Positions 7,457 through 17,256 are shown, counted from the first letter of the stretch. The stretch: DNA of 26,222 nucleotides from Myxococcales bacterium (GCA_035508175.1 DATJNL010000226.1:1-26222), one strand, 5' to 3'. The notes: generated by a model not told the origin, from the sequence alone. A program made the numbers and translations.

Positions 7457-9108
7457 AGCGCGTACCCCATGGCGCCCGAGGTCATCGGCGCTTCGGGATC
7501 GATCATCACGTTCACGCAGGCGACCTTGCCCGAGGCGACGGCCGCGTCCAGCGCGGGCCGGAGCTGCTCGGGGCGCTCGACGTGCCAACCCACGCCGCCA
7601 AAGGCCTCGACGACCTTGTCGTAGCGGGTGGGCAGGAGCGCCGTGCCGGGCGAGTGGTCTGGCCCGAACATGCCGATCTGCGGCAGGCGGATCTGACCCC
7701 AGGCCGCGTCGTTGCCGACGACGGCGACCATCGGCAGCTTGAAGCGCACCGCGGTCTCGAAGTCGAAGCCGTTCAGGCCGAACGAACCGTCGCCCTGGAT
7801 CACGAAGACGTGCCGGTCCGGGTAGAGCGTCTTGGTGGCGACCGCGAACGGCGCACCGACACCTAGACAGCCCAGCGGCCCGGGGTCGAGCCAGTGACCC
7901 GGCTTGCCGAGCTCGATCACCTTGGCCGCCATGGCGACGAAGTTGCCGCCGTCCGCGACGAAGACGCTGTCGCCCGCGCGCTTCGCCACCTCCGACAGCT
8001 CCCACGCGACGCGGAAGTGGTGGAGCGGCGTCTGGTCGGACTGGCACATCACCCGCAACTTCTCGATCTTGGCCTGCTCCTTCTCGCGCAAGGCAGCGAG
8101 GTGCTTGGCGCGCGCCGGCGCCGCCTTGGGGAGCGCCGCCGTCAGCTGCTCGAGCGCCGAGCGCGAATCCCCCGGGATGCCCACCGTGATGGCGCGGTTG
8201 CGGCCGATCTCGGTGGGATCGATGTCGACCTGGATCAGCCGTGCGGTCTTGGTGAACGTCGGCTCGGCGCCGTAGCCGAGGCGGAAGTCGAGCGGGGTGC
8301 CCATGATGAGCGCGACGTCGGCGTCGCCGAGGGCCTCCTTGCGCGTCTGCTGGAAGAAGTTCGGGTGCGCGGCCGGGAGGCAGCCGCGGCCGGCGCCGTT
8401 GAGATACACCGGTACGCCCGCCTTCTCTGCGAAGGCGGACAGGGCGGCCGGGGCGTCGTCCCACCAGATCGAGCTGCCGGCGATCACCGCCGGGCGCTCG
8501 GCCTTGGCAAGCAAGGCCGCCGCCTCCTCGATGAGCTTCGGATCGCCGGGCGACCGCGCGCGCGTGCGGTAGCCGGTGGGGATGGGCGCCTCGGTCTCGT
8601 CCACCTCCTGCATCAGCATGTCGAAGGGGATCTCGAGGAACACGGGTCCGGGGCGGCCCGACAGCGCGATCCGAAAAGCGCGCGCCAGGTAGGCCGGGAT
8701 GAGCTTGCCCTCGGGTATCCGGTCGGCCCACTTGGTGATGCGCAGGAAGAGATCCACCTGCTCGATCTCTTGCAGCGAGCCGCGACCCGCGTTGAAGGTG
8801 GGGGCAGCGCCACCCAGCAGGATCATGGGGCTGTTGGCGGCGAAGGCGTTGGCGACCCCGGTGAGAGCGTCGGTAACGCCGGGACCGGCCGTGACCACCG
8901 CCACGCCCACGCCGCGGGTGAGCCGCGCGTACGCGTCCGCTGCGTGCGCCGCGCCCTGCTCGTGGCGCGTGTCCACGACCGCGATACCCTCGTCCACGCA
9001 GCCGGCGTAGATGGGCGCCACGTGGAGCCCGGAGAGGGTGAAGATGGCCTTCACGCCCTCTTCCTTCAGCATCTTCGCCACGAGCTTACCGCCGCTGAAT
9101 GTCGCCAT
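7453..9108 (-). CDS. Thiamine-pyrophosphate-dependent enzyme, acetolactate synthase large-subunit-like (IlvB / oxalyl-CoA decarboxylase superfamily)
   Basis: N-terminus 'MATFSGGKLVAKMLKEEGVKAIFTLSG' is typical of the family. TPP-binding motif 'GDGSFGLNGFDFETAVRFKLPMVAVVGNDAAWGQI'. ATG at 9108 with GGGGTG upstream. Confidence 0.9.
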   Translation of the reverse strand: MATFSGGKLVAKMLKEEGVKAIFTLSGLHVAPIYAGCVDEGIAVVDTRHEQGAAHAADAYARLTRGVGVAVVTAGPGVTDALTGVANAFAANSPMILLGGAAPTFNAGRGSLQEIEQVDLFLRITKWADRIPEGKLIPAYLARAFRIALSGRPGPVFLEIPFDMLMQEVDETEAPIPTGYRTRARSPGDPKLIEEAAALLAKAERPAVIAGSSIWWDDAPAALSAFAEKAGVPVYLNGAGRGCLPAAHPNFFQQTRKEALGDADVALIMGTPLDFRLGYGAEPTFTKTARLIQVDIDPTEIGRNRAITVGIPGDSRSALEQLTAALPKAAPARAKHLAALREKEQAKIEKLRVMCQSDQTPLHHFRVAWELSEVAKRAGDSVFVADGGNFVAMAAKVIELGKPGHWLDPGPLGCLGVGAPFAVATKTLYPDRHVFVIQGDGSFGLNGFDFETAVRFKLPMVAVVGNDAAWGQIRLPQIGMFGPDHSPGTALLPTRYDKVVEAFGGVGWHVERPEQLRPALDAAVASGKVACVNVMIDPEAPMTSGAMGYAL

Positions 9109-9141
9109 CGTTCACCCCGTGAAGCTATAGTCTCGGACCGA

Positions 9142-10640
9142 TTGAGCCCGCCGAATCTAGCAGAAGAGCGCTTCCGTGTCTGGCTCGCCGGCCTCGGCAA
9201 GCCACGGCTGACCGGCCTCTCGCGCGAGTACGCGCGCCTCGCGTTCGAGGGCGGCCTCTCGGTCCTGCGCGACGGGGCTCCGCAGGCCATTCCGCCCGCG
9301 CTCACAGCGGTGGTGGACGAGCCCGAGCGACAGCGTGCGCGCGCCGACTTGGCTCACCGGCTGCTGCGGGGGATCGTGCGCACCCTGCGCTACCACCTCG
9401 GCGGTATCGGCCGCTCCGAGGCCGATGCCTTGCTCGCCGGCCTGTCGCCCTGGGAGCGCGAGCTCTGCGATCTGACATGGCGCGAGGGCGAATACGTGGC
9501 CATCGCGCGCGCCGACCTCTTCACCGACTCGGCCGGCGTCGATCGGCCGCTGGAGATGAACGCCACCATTCCCGCCATGCAGGCCTACTCCGACGTTGCG
9601 GCCCAAGCCTTCCTGCGGGCCGTGGGAGGGCTGGCAGGACTCTCGCGCGAGCGCATCGACGCGCTCGCCCGCCGCAACGGCTCGAACTCCGACGACCTGC
9701 GGCGCTCGCTGCTCGCGCACCACGAGCGGCTGGGCGGCCGCGGCGACGGCGCCCGCATGGCGATGGTGGCGCGTGCCCAGGATCCGCAGAGCACCGAGCT
9801 CGCCGCGCTCTGCCGCTCCTTCAACGCCGCCGGCCTCGAAGCCCACCGGTGCACCCCCGACCAGATCGGGCTCGACGAGCAAGGCCGTGCGACGCTGCTC
9901 GGCAAGCCGCTGGATCTCATCTACCGGCACGTCTTCGCCCGTCGCATCGAGCCCGCGAGCGCCCTCGGGCGCATCGCGCGCGAGCCGGCTCGCCACCACC
10001 TGCTGAACCCGGTCAACTCGCAGCTCGAGATGAAATCGGTCTTTGCCGAGCTGTCAGCCGCCGCCGCCGAGCCAGCGCTCGCACACGCGATCGGTTTCGA
10101 GCCGGACGAGCTCGCGGCGGCGGCCACGATTCCCTGGTCGCGGCGCCTCGGCCGGGCGCCGACGCCCGACCCCTCCGGCGCCGCAGTCGCGAACCTGCTC
10201 GCGTTCGCCCAGGCGAACCCCAGGCGGCTGGTGCTCAAGCGGAGCTGGGGCTACGGCGGCACGAGCGTGCTGCTGGGCGACGAGATCGAGACCGAGTCCG
10301 GCCAGCAGCGCGCGCGGGACATCCTGGGCACGGCGGAGGCGCGCGAGGTGTCCTGGCAGGATCTCCTCGAGCACTGCGCGCAGCGCGGCGGCTACGTCGT
10401 GCAGGAGCGCGTGGAGCTCGCGACGCAGCGCCACCTGGTGGCCGGAGACGGCGAGCCCGTGTGGCTGGACTGGTACGTGGACGTCTCGGCGTACACGAAC
10501 CTCGGCGTGGAACCGCGACCGACGGGGGCCGTGCGGCGGGGATCGAAGAGCCGCATCGTCAACATCGTGGGCGGCGGGGGGCTGGTGCCGGTGATCCTGC
10601 GGCCGGTGATGGAAGAGCTGCTCGAAGCGGTGGGGGTGTA

Positions 10641-10641
<1 letters not shown>
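9142..10641 (+). CDS. Circularly permuted ATP-grasp family protein (COG2308-like); start uncertain
   Basis: Motifs 'LDLIYRHVFARRIEP', 'RLVLKRSWGYGGTSVLLGDE', 'GGYVVQERVEL' and C-terminal 'NIVGGGGLVPVIL' occur in the order seen in CP ATP-grasp type-2 proteins. In the track, the open frame extends upstream as antisense to the TPP gene. The first in-frame start after the TPP gene is TTG at 9142 and has no RBS, and the true start may lie downstream. Confidence 0.55.
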
Positions 10642-10733
<92 letters not shown>

Positions 10734-10748
10734 CCGCCTCTCAGCGCC

Positions 10749-11897
10749 TCAGCCGTCGTTCGCCCGCCAGAGGTACCAGCTCGCCACCGACCGCCACGGA
10801 CGCCACAGCCTCCCGCGCTTCTCGATCTCCGCCGGCTCCGGCAGCTTGCGCTTGCCGAAGGCCCGCTGGAAGCCCTTGCGCACGCCGTAGTCGGTCACGG
10901 GCAGCACGTCGGGGCGGCCGAGCCGGAAGATGAGCATCATCTCGACCGTCCAGCGCCCCACGCCCCTGACCACGGTGAGCCGCTCGACGATCTCCTCGTC
11001 GTCGAGCTGCGCGAGCGCCGCCGAGCCGGGTACGACGCCCGCCTGCGCGTGGCGCGCGAGGTCCTGGATGGCCGCGAGCTTGCTTCGCGACAAGCCGGCG
11101 CCGCGCAGGCGGCGAGCCGGCGTCGCGAGGACGTCCGCCGGCTCGGGAAAACGCTTACCGGGGAACAGCGCGAGCACGCGCCCGAGGATCGTGGCGGCGG
11201 CTTTGCCGTTTAGCTGCTGGTACACGATCGATTGCAGCAACGACTCGAAGGGGCTGCGGCGCGCTTGCAGGCGCAGCCGCAGCGGCCCCTTGGCTTCGAT
11301 CAGCTCGCCGAGCCGCGGATCGGCCTCGGCGAGCCGGCGCGTGGCCTCCAGTCCGTCGTACGGCAGGGGCTCGCCGCCGCGGAAGAGCGCGCCGCCCTCC
11401 ACTTCCAACAGCCGCGCCTTCCTGGCCAGGCCGCCGAAGCCCGACCAGCCGCCGGGGCGCCCCGAGGCGCCGACCACGCGGTGGCACGGAACGACGAGGG
11501 CAAAGGGATTGCGCGCCATCGCATGGCCGACCGCGCGCGCCGCACCGGGGGAACCGGCGAGCTCGGCCAGCTCGCCGTAGCTGCGCGTCTCCCCAGCCTC
11601 CAGCGCCCGTGCGGCCTCGTAGACGCGCCGGTGGAAGGCGGGGATCCCTTCCATGTCGAGCTTCACCGACCCGAGGTTCTGCGACCGGCCGCCGAGGTGT
11701 TCCCTTACGAGGCGAATCGCCTCGCGAACGGGCGCCGGCGGCTTCGCCTCCCGCGCCGCGTCCAGCCCACGAAGCAGTGCGGCGCGCGTCGCCTCGTCGC
11801 TGCCCGCGGAGAGCTGGATGCGCCGGACGCCCCGGCGACCCCAGGCGATCCCGGCGGGTCCCAGCGCCGTCGGAAAGAGGGTGTAGGATATTTCCAT
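10749..11897 (-). CDS. Bifunctional methylated-DNA-protein-cysteine methyltransferase (Ogt-like, N-terminal) fused to DNA-3-methyladenine glycosylase II (AlkA-like, C-terminal)
   Basis: N-terminal half carries the 'LVVPCHRVVGASG' active-site motif (PCHR). C-terminal half carries the HhH-GPD motif 'VRGVGRWTVEMMLIFRLGRPDVLPVTD'. Preferred start is the ATG at 11897 ('MEISYTLFPTALGPAGIAW', a typical Ogt N-terminus). The track TTG at 11963 would add 22 residues. Confidence 0.85.
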   Translation of the reverse strand: MEISYTLFPTALGPAGIAWGRRGVRRIQLSAGSDEATRAALLRGLDAAREAKPPAPVREAIRLVREHLGGRSQNLGSVKLDMEGIPAFHRRVYEAARALEAGETRSYGELAELAGSPGAARAVGHAMARNPFALVVPCHRVVGASGRPGGWSGFGGLARKARLLEVEGGALFRGGEPLPYDGLEATRRLAEADPRLGELIEAKGPLRLRLQARRSPFESLLQSIVYQQLNGKAAATILGRVLALFPGKRFPEPADVLATPARRLRGAGLSRSKLAAIQDLARHAQAGVVPGSAALAQLDDEEIVERLTVVRGVGRWTVEMMLIFRLGRPDVLPVTDYGVRKGFQRAFGKRKLPEPAEIEKRGRLWRPWRSVASWYLWRANDG

Positions 11898-12135
11898 AGA
11901 ATGTCGGTTCGTGGATTTCCCGAGGGGAGAATATACTCGCCGCGGAAGACGTCGATCTCGCAAACATTACGGACCTGAGCTTGCAATCCTTGTCGTCCAA
12001 CCCCGCGCCGTCGCTCGAGGGGGCCGCCGTTCGCCAGCGTTCTCGAAGAGTTCCAGCATCCTCGCCGACGGGCACGCGGTTTGCGTCGTCAGTCGGGGGG
12101 CCGCCTCGCCGCCGTTTCAACTCCCGGAGTCAATC

Positions 12136-13191
12136 ATGAAGAAGGTCATCGCGGTCTTCGCCGCCGCCCTGTGCGCCTGCGCCGCAGCCCCGGTGGTTCC
12201 CGAAGCACAGTTGACGCCGACGGGGAAGATGCCGTGGCCGGCCCAGACGCAGGACCCGCCTGACGCGCCCGCCAAGGTGGCCTACTCGGCGCTGGAGTGC
12301 GAGCGAGAGGCGCGGGCGGCCTTCGAGGGCGGCGACACGGAGTGGGGCTGGCGAGCGCTCGTGGCATGCACCGAGCGGGCCGACTTCATGGACCTCCGGC
12401 CGCTGCTGCGCCGCCCCTGGAAGGACGAGATCGGCCGCCGCGGCAGCGAGGGCGCGGAGATGCTCGGGCGCGTGCTCGTGCGCACCGACCTCGAGCTCGG
12501 CTACGATCTGCGCCGCATCCAGAACGCCGGCATCCCGCTGCTCGACATGAAGCAGGTTGCCGACGATCCCGCCCTCGCAGCCGGCCAGTTCGTGATCCTG
12601 CGCGCCACGGTCGGCTCTCGAAAGGCCTCGCCGAGCGGCGAGCTCGTGCAGCTGTTCGAGCAGAAGCAGGTGGGCTTCTACGAAGGCATGGGCGGCGGCG
12701 AGGAGGGCCAGGGCGGTGGCGGCGCGTTCAGCCCGGCGCAGGTTGCTCGCATGGGCGGCCCCGGAGCGCTGGCCTACGCCGGCACCGGCTACTTCGGCAT
12801 CCCCACGGTGGGCACCCCCCTCGGCCGCGGGATGCGCGGCGGCATGATCGGTCCCGGTCGCCCGTACAGCGGCTGGCCGTACGGCGCCCCCTACAACAAT
12901 GACTACCGCGCCATCGGGCCGGTCTACGGCGAGCAGAGCGAGGACACCGGTCGCGAGGCGGTGCTCGACCTCGACCACCTCGATCCGCGTCTCACCCACG
13001 GCCTCGAGATCGCGGTGCTGGCCCAGGTGGTCGGCGCGGGGCAATCGGACGACTGGTCCGACGTGTGCCGCTCGGGCGACGTGAGCGGCTCGATCACCTG
13101 CCGCAAGGAGCGCCTCCAGGGCCCGCCCACCGCGACGCTCAAGCCCGTTCGGATCTGGATCCTCGAGGCGAGCGACAGCGACGAGCCGTAG
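12136..13191 (+). CDS. Hypothetical lipoprotein with a Gly-rich central region
   Basis: ATG at 12136 with GGAG 6 nt upstream. Signal 'MKKVIAVFAAALCACAAAP'. The 75 codons upstream in the track are antisense artefact. High GC3. Confidence 0.65.
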   Translation: MKKVIAVFAAALCACAAAPVVPEAQLTPTGKMPWPAQTQDPPDAPAKVAYSALECEREARAAFEGGDTEWGWRALVACTERADFMDLRPLLRRPWKDEIGRRGSEGAEMLGRVLVRTDLELGYDLRRIQNAGIPLLDMKQVADDPALAAGQFVILRATVGSRKASPSGELVQLFEQKQVGFYEGMGGGEEGQGGGGAFSPAQVARMGGPGALAYAGTGYFGIPTVGTPLGRGMRGGMIGPGRPYSGWPYGAPYNNDYRAIGPVYGEQSEDTGREAVLDLDHLDPRLTHGLEIAVLAQVVGAGQSDDWSDVCRSGDVSGSITCRKERLQGPPTATLKPVRIWILEASDSDEP

Positions 13192-13197
13192 CCCCGG

Positions 13198-15981
13198 TCA
13201 GCCGCCGTCGGGTGCGCAGTAGCTGTCGCCCCCGCCCGGGCACGGCTTGCAGAACCAGGCGCCCGGGCTCGAGGGATCGCACAACAGGGTCGTCGAGTTG
13301 CAGAGCTGGCCGAGGACCGGCGAGGCGGTGCACTGGTTCTGGAGGTTGGGGTAGCAGGTCGAGGGCTCGACGCAGTTGGCCGTCGCACCATAGACGAGAG
13401 CGCAGTCCGTGAACGAGCTGCACGCCCCGCCCGAGCCGCCGGTCGTGCCGCCGCCCGTCTTGCACGTGTCCGAGCCACCCGAGCCGACCGACTCGCAGCC
13501 CTGCGCGCAGCTCTCGACCTTCGTGAGCGCGCCGTCCTTGCAGGAGTACAGCGCGCTCGCTGTGCCAGGGATGCCGTGGCCGCCGCAGTACAGGCCGTTC
13601 CCGCTGGGGCAGCCCACGGTCGGGGGCGGACAGACGTCGACGCCCGAGGCCACGGACTCCCAGCTCGTCCACGCCGCAGGGCCATCGTTCTCGTGCCGGC
13701 TCGCGACGAGCTCGTGCCCCGAGTTGATCGCGAACACCTCGACCTGCCCGTGCTCGCGCTTCCAGGCGAACGGCTCGGAAGCCATCGAATCGTCCGACCA
13801 GTGGGAGAACGTCCCGAACCGCCGCGTCGCGGGGTTCATCACCGCGTAGCTGATCCGCCCCGAGAGGCCGCGCACGAACACCTCGACGCGCGAATCGGAG
13901 GTCCCGTCGGGCAGCTTCTGGTCGTCGACGGCCGCCGCCGGCTCGCCCTGGATCTGGAAGCCCTCGTTGATCACCTCGAAACGGGCGAAGCCCGAGGCCG
14001 TCGAGCGCGTACCGTAGAGCTGTCCGTCCATGCCTCGCGCGAAGACGTGCAGCACTCCGGTGGCCGGCTCGCGCACCGCGGTAGGGCGCGACGAGAAGCG
14101 TCCGCCCATCGGCTCCCACCCCAGCCACCCGCCGCCGTTCGCCTGCAAACTGGTATCGTACCAGGCCTGACCGTCGTGGTCGGTGACGAAGATCTGGGCC
14201 CGGCCGTCCTTGGTCAGGATCGGCGCGGCGCCGGTCGCAAAGGGGGCGTGGCCCGCGGCGTCGATCTCCAGCCAGCCCTGGTTCGGCGACGTCGACCAGC
14301 GCCGGGTGGTGGGGTCGTAGTACCGGTGCCAGATGCCCCCCTGCTTGCCCAGACCAAAGACCTCGGGCCGGCCGTCCATCCATGGCCCGCTGTGATCGTC
14401 GTTCCAGCGCAAGGTGGACAGCTGGGTGACCAGCCCGCCGCCGAACGAGGACAGGCCGTGCCAGCCGTTGTCGAAGTAGCCCATCTGCGTCTCCGACTTA
14501 CCGGGCGCGAAGAGCTGCGCCTCGGGGGCGGCCACGAGGCTGATCACGGACGCGACCCCGCACTCCGCCGTGCCCGAGAAGGACTCGGGCGGGTGCCAGT
14601 TGTCTGAGTTGCCGTTCGTCCACGCGTGGTGAGCGCTCCCGGAGAGCTCGCGCGCGAATACCTCCACGTGGCCGTCGGTGGGCCAGTCGACGGCCGAGAG
14701 CGTGCCGTTGTTCTCCACCTGGTCGAGCGCGATGAGGCGGCTGATGCCGAGTAGCCCGGCGCTGCCGCTGCCCGTGGGGTTGAGTCCGCCCGCCGCCGGA
14801 CAGCCGGCGGGGCTGCAGGTCGATCCGGCGCTGCAGACCGTCCCCCCGCAGACGGGCAGGCAGGTGTCCTCGAAGCACACCGAACCGCCGCCGCAGTTGT
14901 AGGAGCTCCCGCAGTCCTGAGGAACGCACGCCCCCTCGACGCAGATCTGTCCGGACTGGCACTTCACGCCGTAGCAGGCGGCGTCGACGCAGGTATTCGT
15001 GGCCACGTCGCACACGTCACCCGCCACGCACTGGACGCCGTTCGGGCAGGTCGTCGGCTCGCAGCCCGAGCCCGTGCACAGCGTCCCGGACGGGCAGCCG
15101 CCGCCGTTGAGGCACGCGACGGGCTGGCAGCCGTCGTCGACACACACCTCGCCCGCGGCACAGGTCTGCGAGTCGCAACTCGTGGAAGGACAGCTCCCGT
15201 TGACGCACGCGGAGCCCACGGGACATTCTATCCCGGCGCACGCGAGCTCGGTGCAGGCGCCCTCGTAGCACACCTCTCCCGGCGAGCACTCGACCCCGCC
15301 GTCGCAGGCCGTCGGGTAGTCGACGCCGTAGGCGCACTGCTGCCCGGCGGGCGGCTGGACGCCCACGCAGCCCGCAAAGGTGCAGGCACCCTGGTCGCAG
15401 ACCTCCTGGGCGAGGCAGGCGCCGCCGTCGCAGCTCGTGGGATAACAGCTGCCGGCGGCGCAGAGCTGACCAGAGCCGCAGACGACCCCGACGCACACCG
15501 TGGACGTGCAGGTCCCCTGATCGCAGACGTCGCCGGCGACGCACGACTCGCCGTTGCACGCCGTGGGGTAGCAGCTGCCGTCGGCGCACGCCTGGCCGGC
15601 CGGGCAAACGACGCCGACGCAGGTGGCCTGGGTGCAGACATCCTGATCGCAGACCTCGCCCGGGCCGCACGGCACGCCGTTGCAGCTCGTCGAGGGGCAC
15701 TGCCCCTGCGCATCGCACAGCGTGCCGCTCGGGCACGTCACGCCGACGCAGGCGGAGCTCTCGCACTGGTCGTCGACGCAGACCTGGTTCGCGCCGCAGA
15801 TCATGCCGACGCAGGTGGTGGAGTAGCAGCTGCCAGAGAGGCAAACCTGATCGGCCCCACAACCGGGATCGCAAGAGGCGCCGCCGTTGCTGGCGCCCCC
15901 ATGCCCCGCCGTGGCGCCGCTGCAGCCGGCCAGCAGGCAAGACGCGGCGAGGAAAAACCAGGGGCTCCGGCGGATGCGCAT
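13198..15981 (-). CDS. Secreted lipoprotein: ~15 tandem Cys-rich repeats, 7-bladed beta-propeller-like domain and C-terminal Cys-rich module; non-catalytic paralogue of the gene at 17332..20154
   Basis: ATG at 15981 with GGAGG 6 nt upstream. Lipobox 'FLAASCLLAGCSG'. Repeats of the type 'TCVGVVCPAGQACADGSCYPTAC'. Propeller blades 'HVEVFARELSGSAHHAWT', 'RPEVFGLGKQGGIWHRYYD', 'LHVFARGMDGQLYGTRS', 'VEVFVRGLSGRISYAVM', 'VEVFAINSGHELVASRH'. C-terminal 'CPSGNGLYCGGHGIPGTASALYSCKDG...' matches its paralogue. Confidence 0.8.
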   Translation of the reverse strand: MRIRRSPWFFLAASCLLAGCSGATAGHGGASNGGASCDPGCGADQVCLSGSCYSTTCVGMICGANQVCVDDQCESSACVGVTCPSGTLCDAQGQCPSTSCNGVPCGPGEVCDQDVCTQATCVGVVCPAGQACADGSCYPTACNGESCVAGDVCDQGTCTSTVCVGVVCGSGQLCAAGSCYPTSCDGGACLAQEVCDQGACTFAGCVGVQPPAGQQCAYGVDYPTACDGGVECSPGEVCYEGACTELACAGIECPVGSACVNGSCPSTSCDSQTCAAGEVCVDDGCQPVACLNGGGCPSGTLCTGSGCEPTTCPNGVQCVAGDVCDVATNTCVDAACYGVKCQSGQICVEGACVPQDCGSSYNCGGGSVCFEDTCLPVCGGTVCSAGSTCSPAGCPAAGGLNPTGSGSAGLLGISRLIALDQVENNGTLSAVDWPTDGHVEVFARELSGSAHHAWTNGNSDNWHPPESFSGTAECGVASVISLVAAPEAQLFAPGKSETQMGYFDNGWHGLSSFGGGLVTQLSTLRWNDDHSGPWMDGRPEVFGLGKQGGIWHRYYDPTTRRWSTSPNQGWLEIDAAGHAPFATGAAPILTKDGRAQIFVTDHDGQAWYDTSLQANGGGWLGWEPMGGRFSSRPTAVREPATGVLHVFARGMDGQLYGTRSTASGFARFEVINEGFQIQGEPAAAVDDQKLPDGTSDSRVEVFVRGLSGRISYAVMNPATRRFGTFSHWSDDSMASEPFAWKREHGQVEVFAINSGHELVASRHENDGPAAWTSWESVASGVDVCPPPTVGCPSGNGLYCGGHGIPGTASALYSCKDGALTKVESCAQGCESVGSGGSDTCKTGGGTTGGSGGACSSFTDCALVYGATANCVEPSTCYPNLQNQCTASPVLGQLCNSTTLLCDPSSPGAWFCKPCPGGGDSYCAPDGG

Positions 15982-16038
15982 CGAGAACCTCCGCATGGGC
16001 GATTCTAGCATGGAAAGCCTGGGCGGGCCGCTCCGGCG

Positions 16039-17256
16039 TCAGTCGCACGTCAGACCTGCGTCAGCGTCGCAGACGGGTGCGCTGGCGGGGCAGTCCGAGT
16101 TGTAGGTGCAGCTCCCACACGTGTAACTCGAACTGTCGCAGCCAGGGTTGTCGGCCGGACAATCGGCCGCGGTGCGACACTCGCCGCAGAGCGTGCCCTG
16201 CCCCTGCGGGGAGACACAGAACGGCGTGCCGGCATCCAGCGCCGCACAGTCGCCATCGACCCCGCACTCGCCGCAGGAGCCGCCGACGCAGAAGGGACTG
16301 TCGGGATCGGTGCAGTCGCTAGCCGTGGCGCACTCGACGCAGAGGCCGGTCGACGTGTCGCACACGCCGGTCCCCGTATCCGGATTGGCGAGACAGTCGT
16401 TGTCGGAAGTGCACGGCGGCACGCAGAGGCCGTCCTGTCCCTGGTTGGGATCGCACACATAGCCGCTGCCCGCCGAGGCGCAGTCGCTCTTCTGTGAGCA
16501 GCCGCACACCGGCTGCCCCGGGCCGCCGAACTGCGCTCCGCCGCCGTCTGGAATGCAGATCGGCGTCGCCGACGGACAGCTCGCGTTGGTCGTGCAGCTG
16601 CAGGTCTGGTTCAGGCACGTCATGCCGCTCGGACAGTCGCTCGAGAGGTTGCACTGGCCGCACGTACCCTGCGAGCAGCCGGGCTGGCTGGCCGGGCAGT
16701 CGGAGGGTTTCAGGCAATCGACGCAGCTGTCGGAGACGGTGTCGCAGATCGCCCCGCCCCCGCCGGCACTGCAGTCGCTGTTGCTGAGGCAATCCACGCA
16801 AGCGCCGCTCGCGGGATCACAAACCTGATTCTGGCCGTTCGCCGAGCACGCCGAGGGGTTCGAGCTGCAACCGCCGGCGACGCAGTTGTCCTGCCCCGGC
16901 GCGCACGCCTCGCCCGTGCCGCACTCGCCCGCGACGCCCGGCACGCACTCGACGCACGTCCCGAAGTACTGATCCGCGAGCGTATCGCAGTGCGGCTCGC
17001 CCTGCCCCACGCAATCCGTGTCGGACGCGCACTGCACGCAGGTCCCGTTCGTCGCGCAGTACGGCGTCGGCGCGGTGCAGGCGGGGCTGCAGACACCGCC
17101 ATCCGCCAGGGGGACGTGGTTCGGCACTCCCGAATCGGCCGGCCCTGCGTCGACGCCGGCATCGCCGCCGTCCGGCTTGTTCTCGGTCACGTTCCCCTGG
17201 CACGCGGCCGCCAGCAGGAGGGGGAGCAGGAAGAGCTTGCGCATGGCATTTTCCAT
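16039..17256 (-). CDS. Lipoprotein composed of cysteine-rich 'DC' repeats (C-x2-C-x4-DC-x5-9-C)
   Basis: Signal 'MRKLFLLPLLLAAAC' (alternative start 17244). About 10 repeats, for example 'CVDCLSNSDCSAGGGGAIC', 'CVECATASDCTDPDSPFC', 'CGECRTAADCPADNPGC'. Lies between the two paralogues on the same strand with 57- and 75-bp spacers. Confidence 0.75.
   Translation of the reverse strand: MENAMRKLFLLPLLLAAACQGNVTENKPDGGDAGVDAGPADSGVPNHVPLADGGVCSPACTAPTPYCATNGTCVQCASDTDCVGQGEPHCDTLADQYFGTCVECVPGVAGECGTGEACAPGQDNCVAGGCSSNPSACSANGQNQVCDPASGACVDCLSNSDCSAGGGGAICDTVSDSCVDCLKPSDCPASQPGCSQGTCGQCNLSSDCPSGMTCLNQTCSCTTNASCPSATPICIPDGGGAQFGGPGQPVCGCSQKSDCASAGSGYVCDPNQGQDGLCVPPCTSDNDCLANPDTGTGVCDTSTGLCVECATASDCTDPDSPFCVGGSCGECGVDGDCAALDAGTPFCVSPQGQGTLCGECRTAADCPADNPGCDSSSYTCGSCTYNSDCPASAPVCDADAGLTCD

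Noticed and set aside
6896-8731. 611-aa minus-strand track ORF
   Set aside because: Only the C-terminal 186 aa (isochorismatase fold) look real. Everything upstream is Arg/Gly/Pro-rich and lies in an alternative frame over the genuine TPP-enzyme gene. The isochorismatase start was placed at the GTG at 7456.
7894-9141. 5' 416 codons of the 915-aa + strand track ORF
   Set aside because: Antisense to the TPP-enzyme gene with junk composition. In high-GC genomes the open frame simply continues upstream, and the real ATP-grasp start lies after the TPP gene start at 9108.
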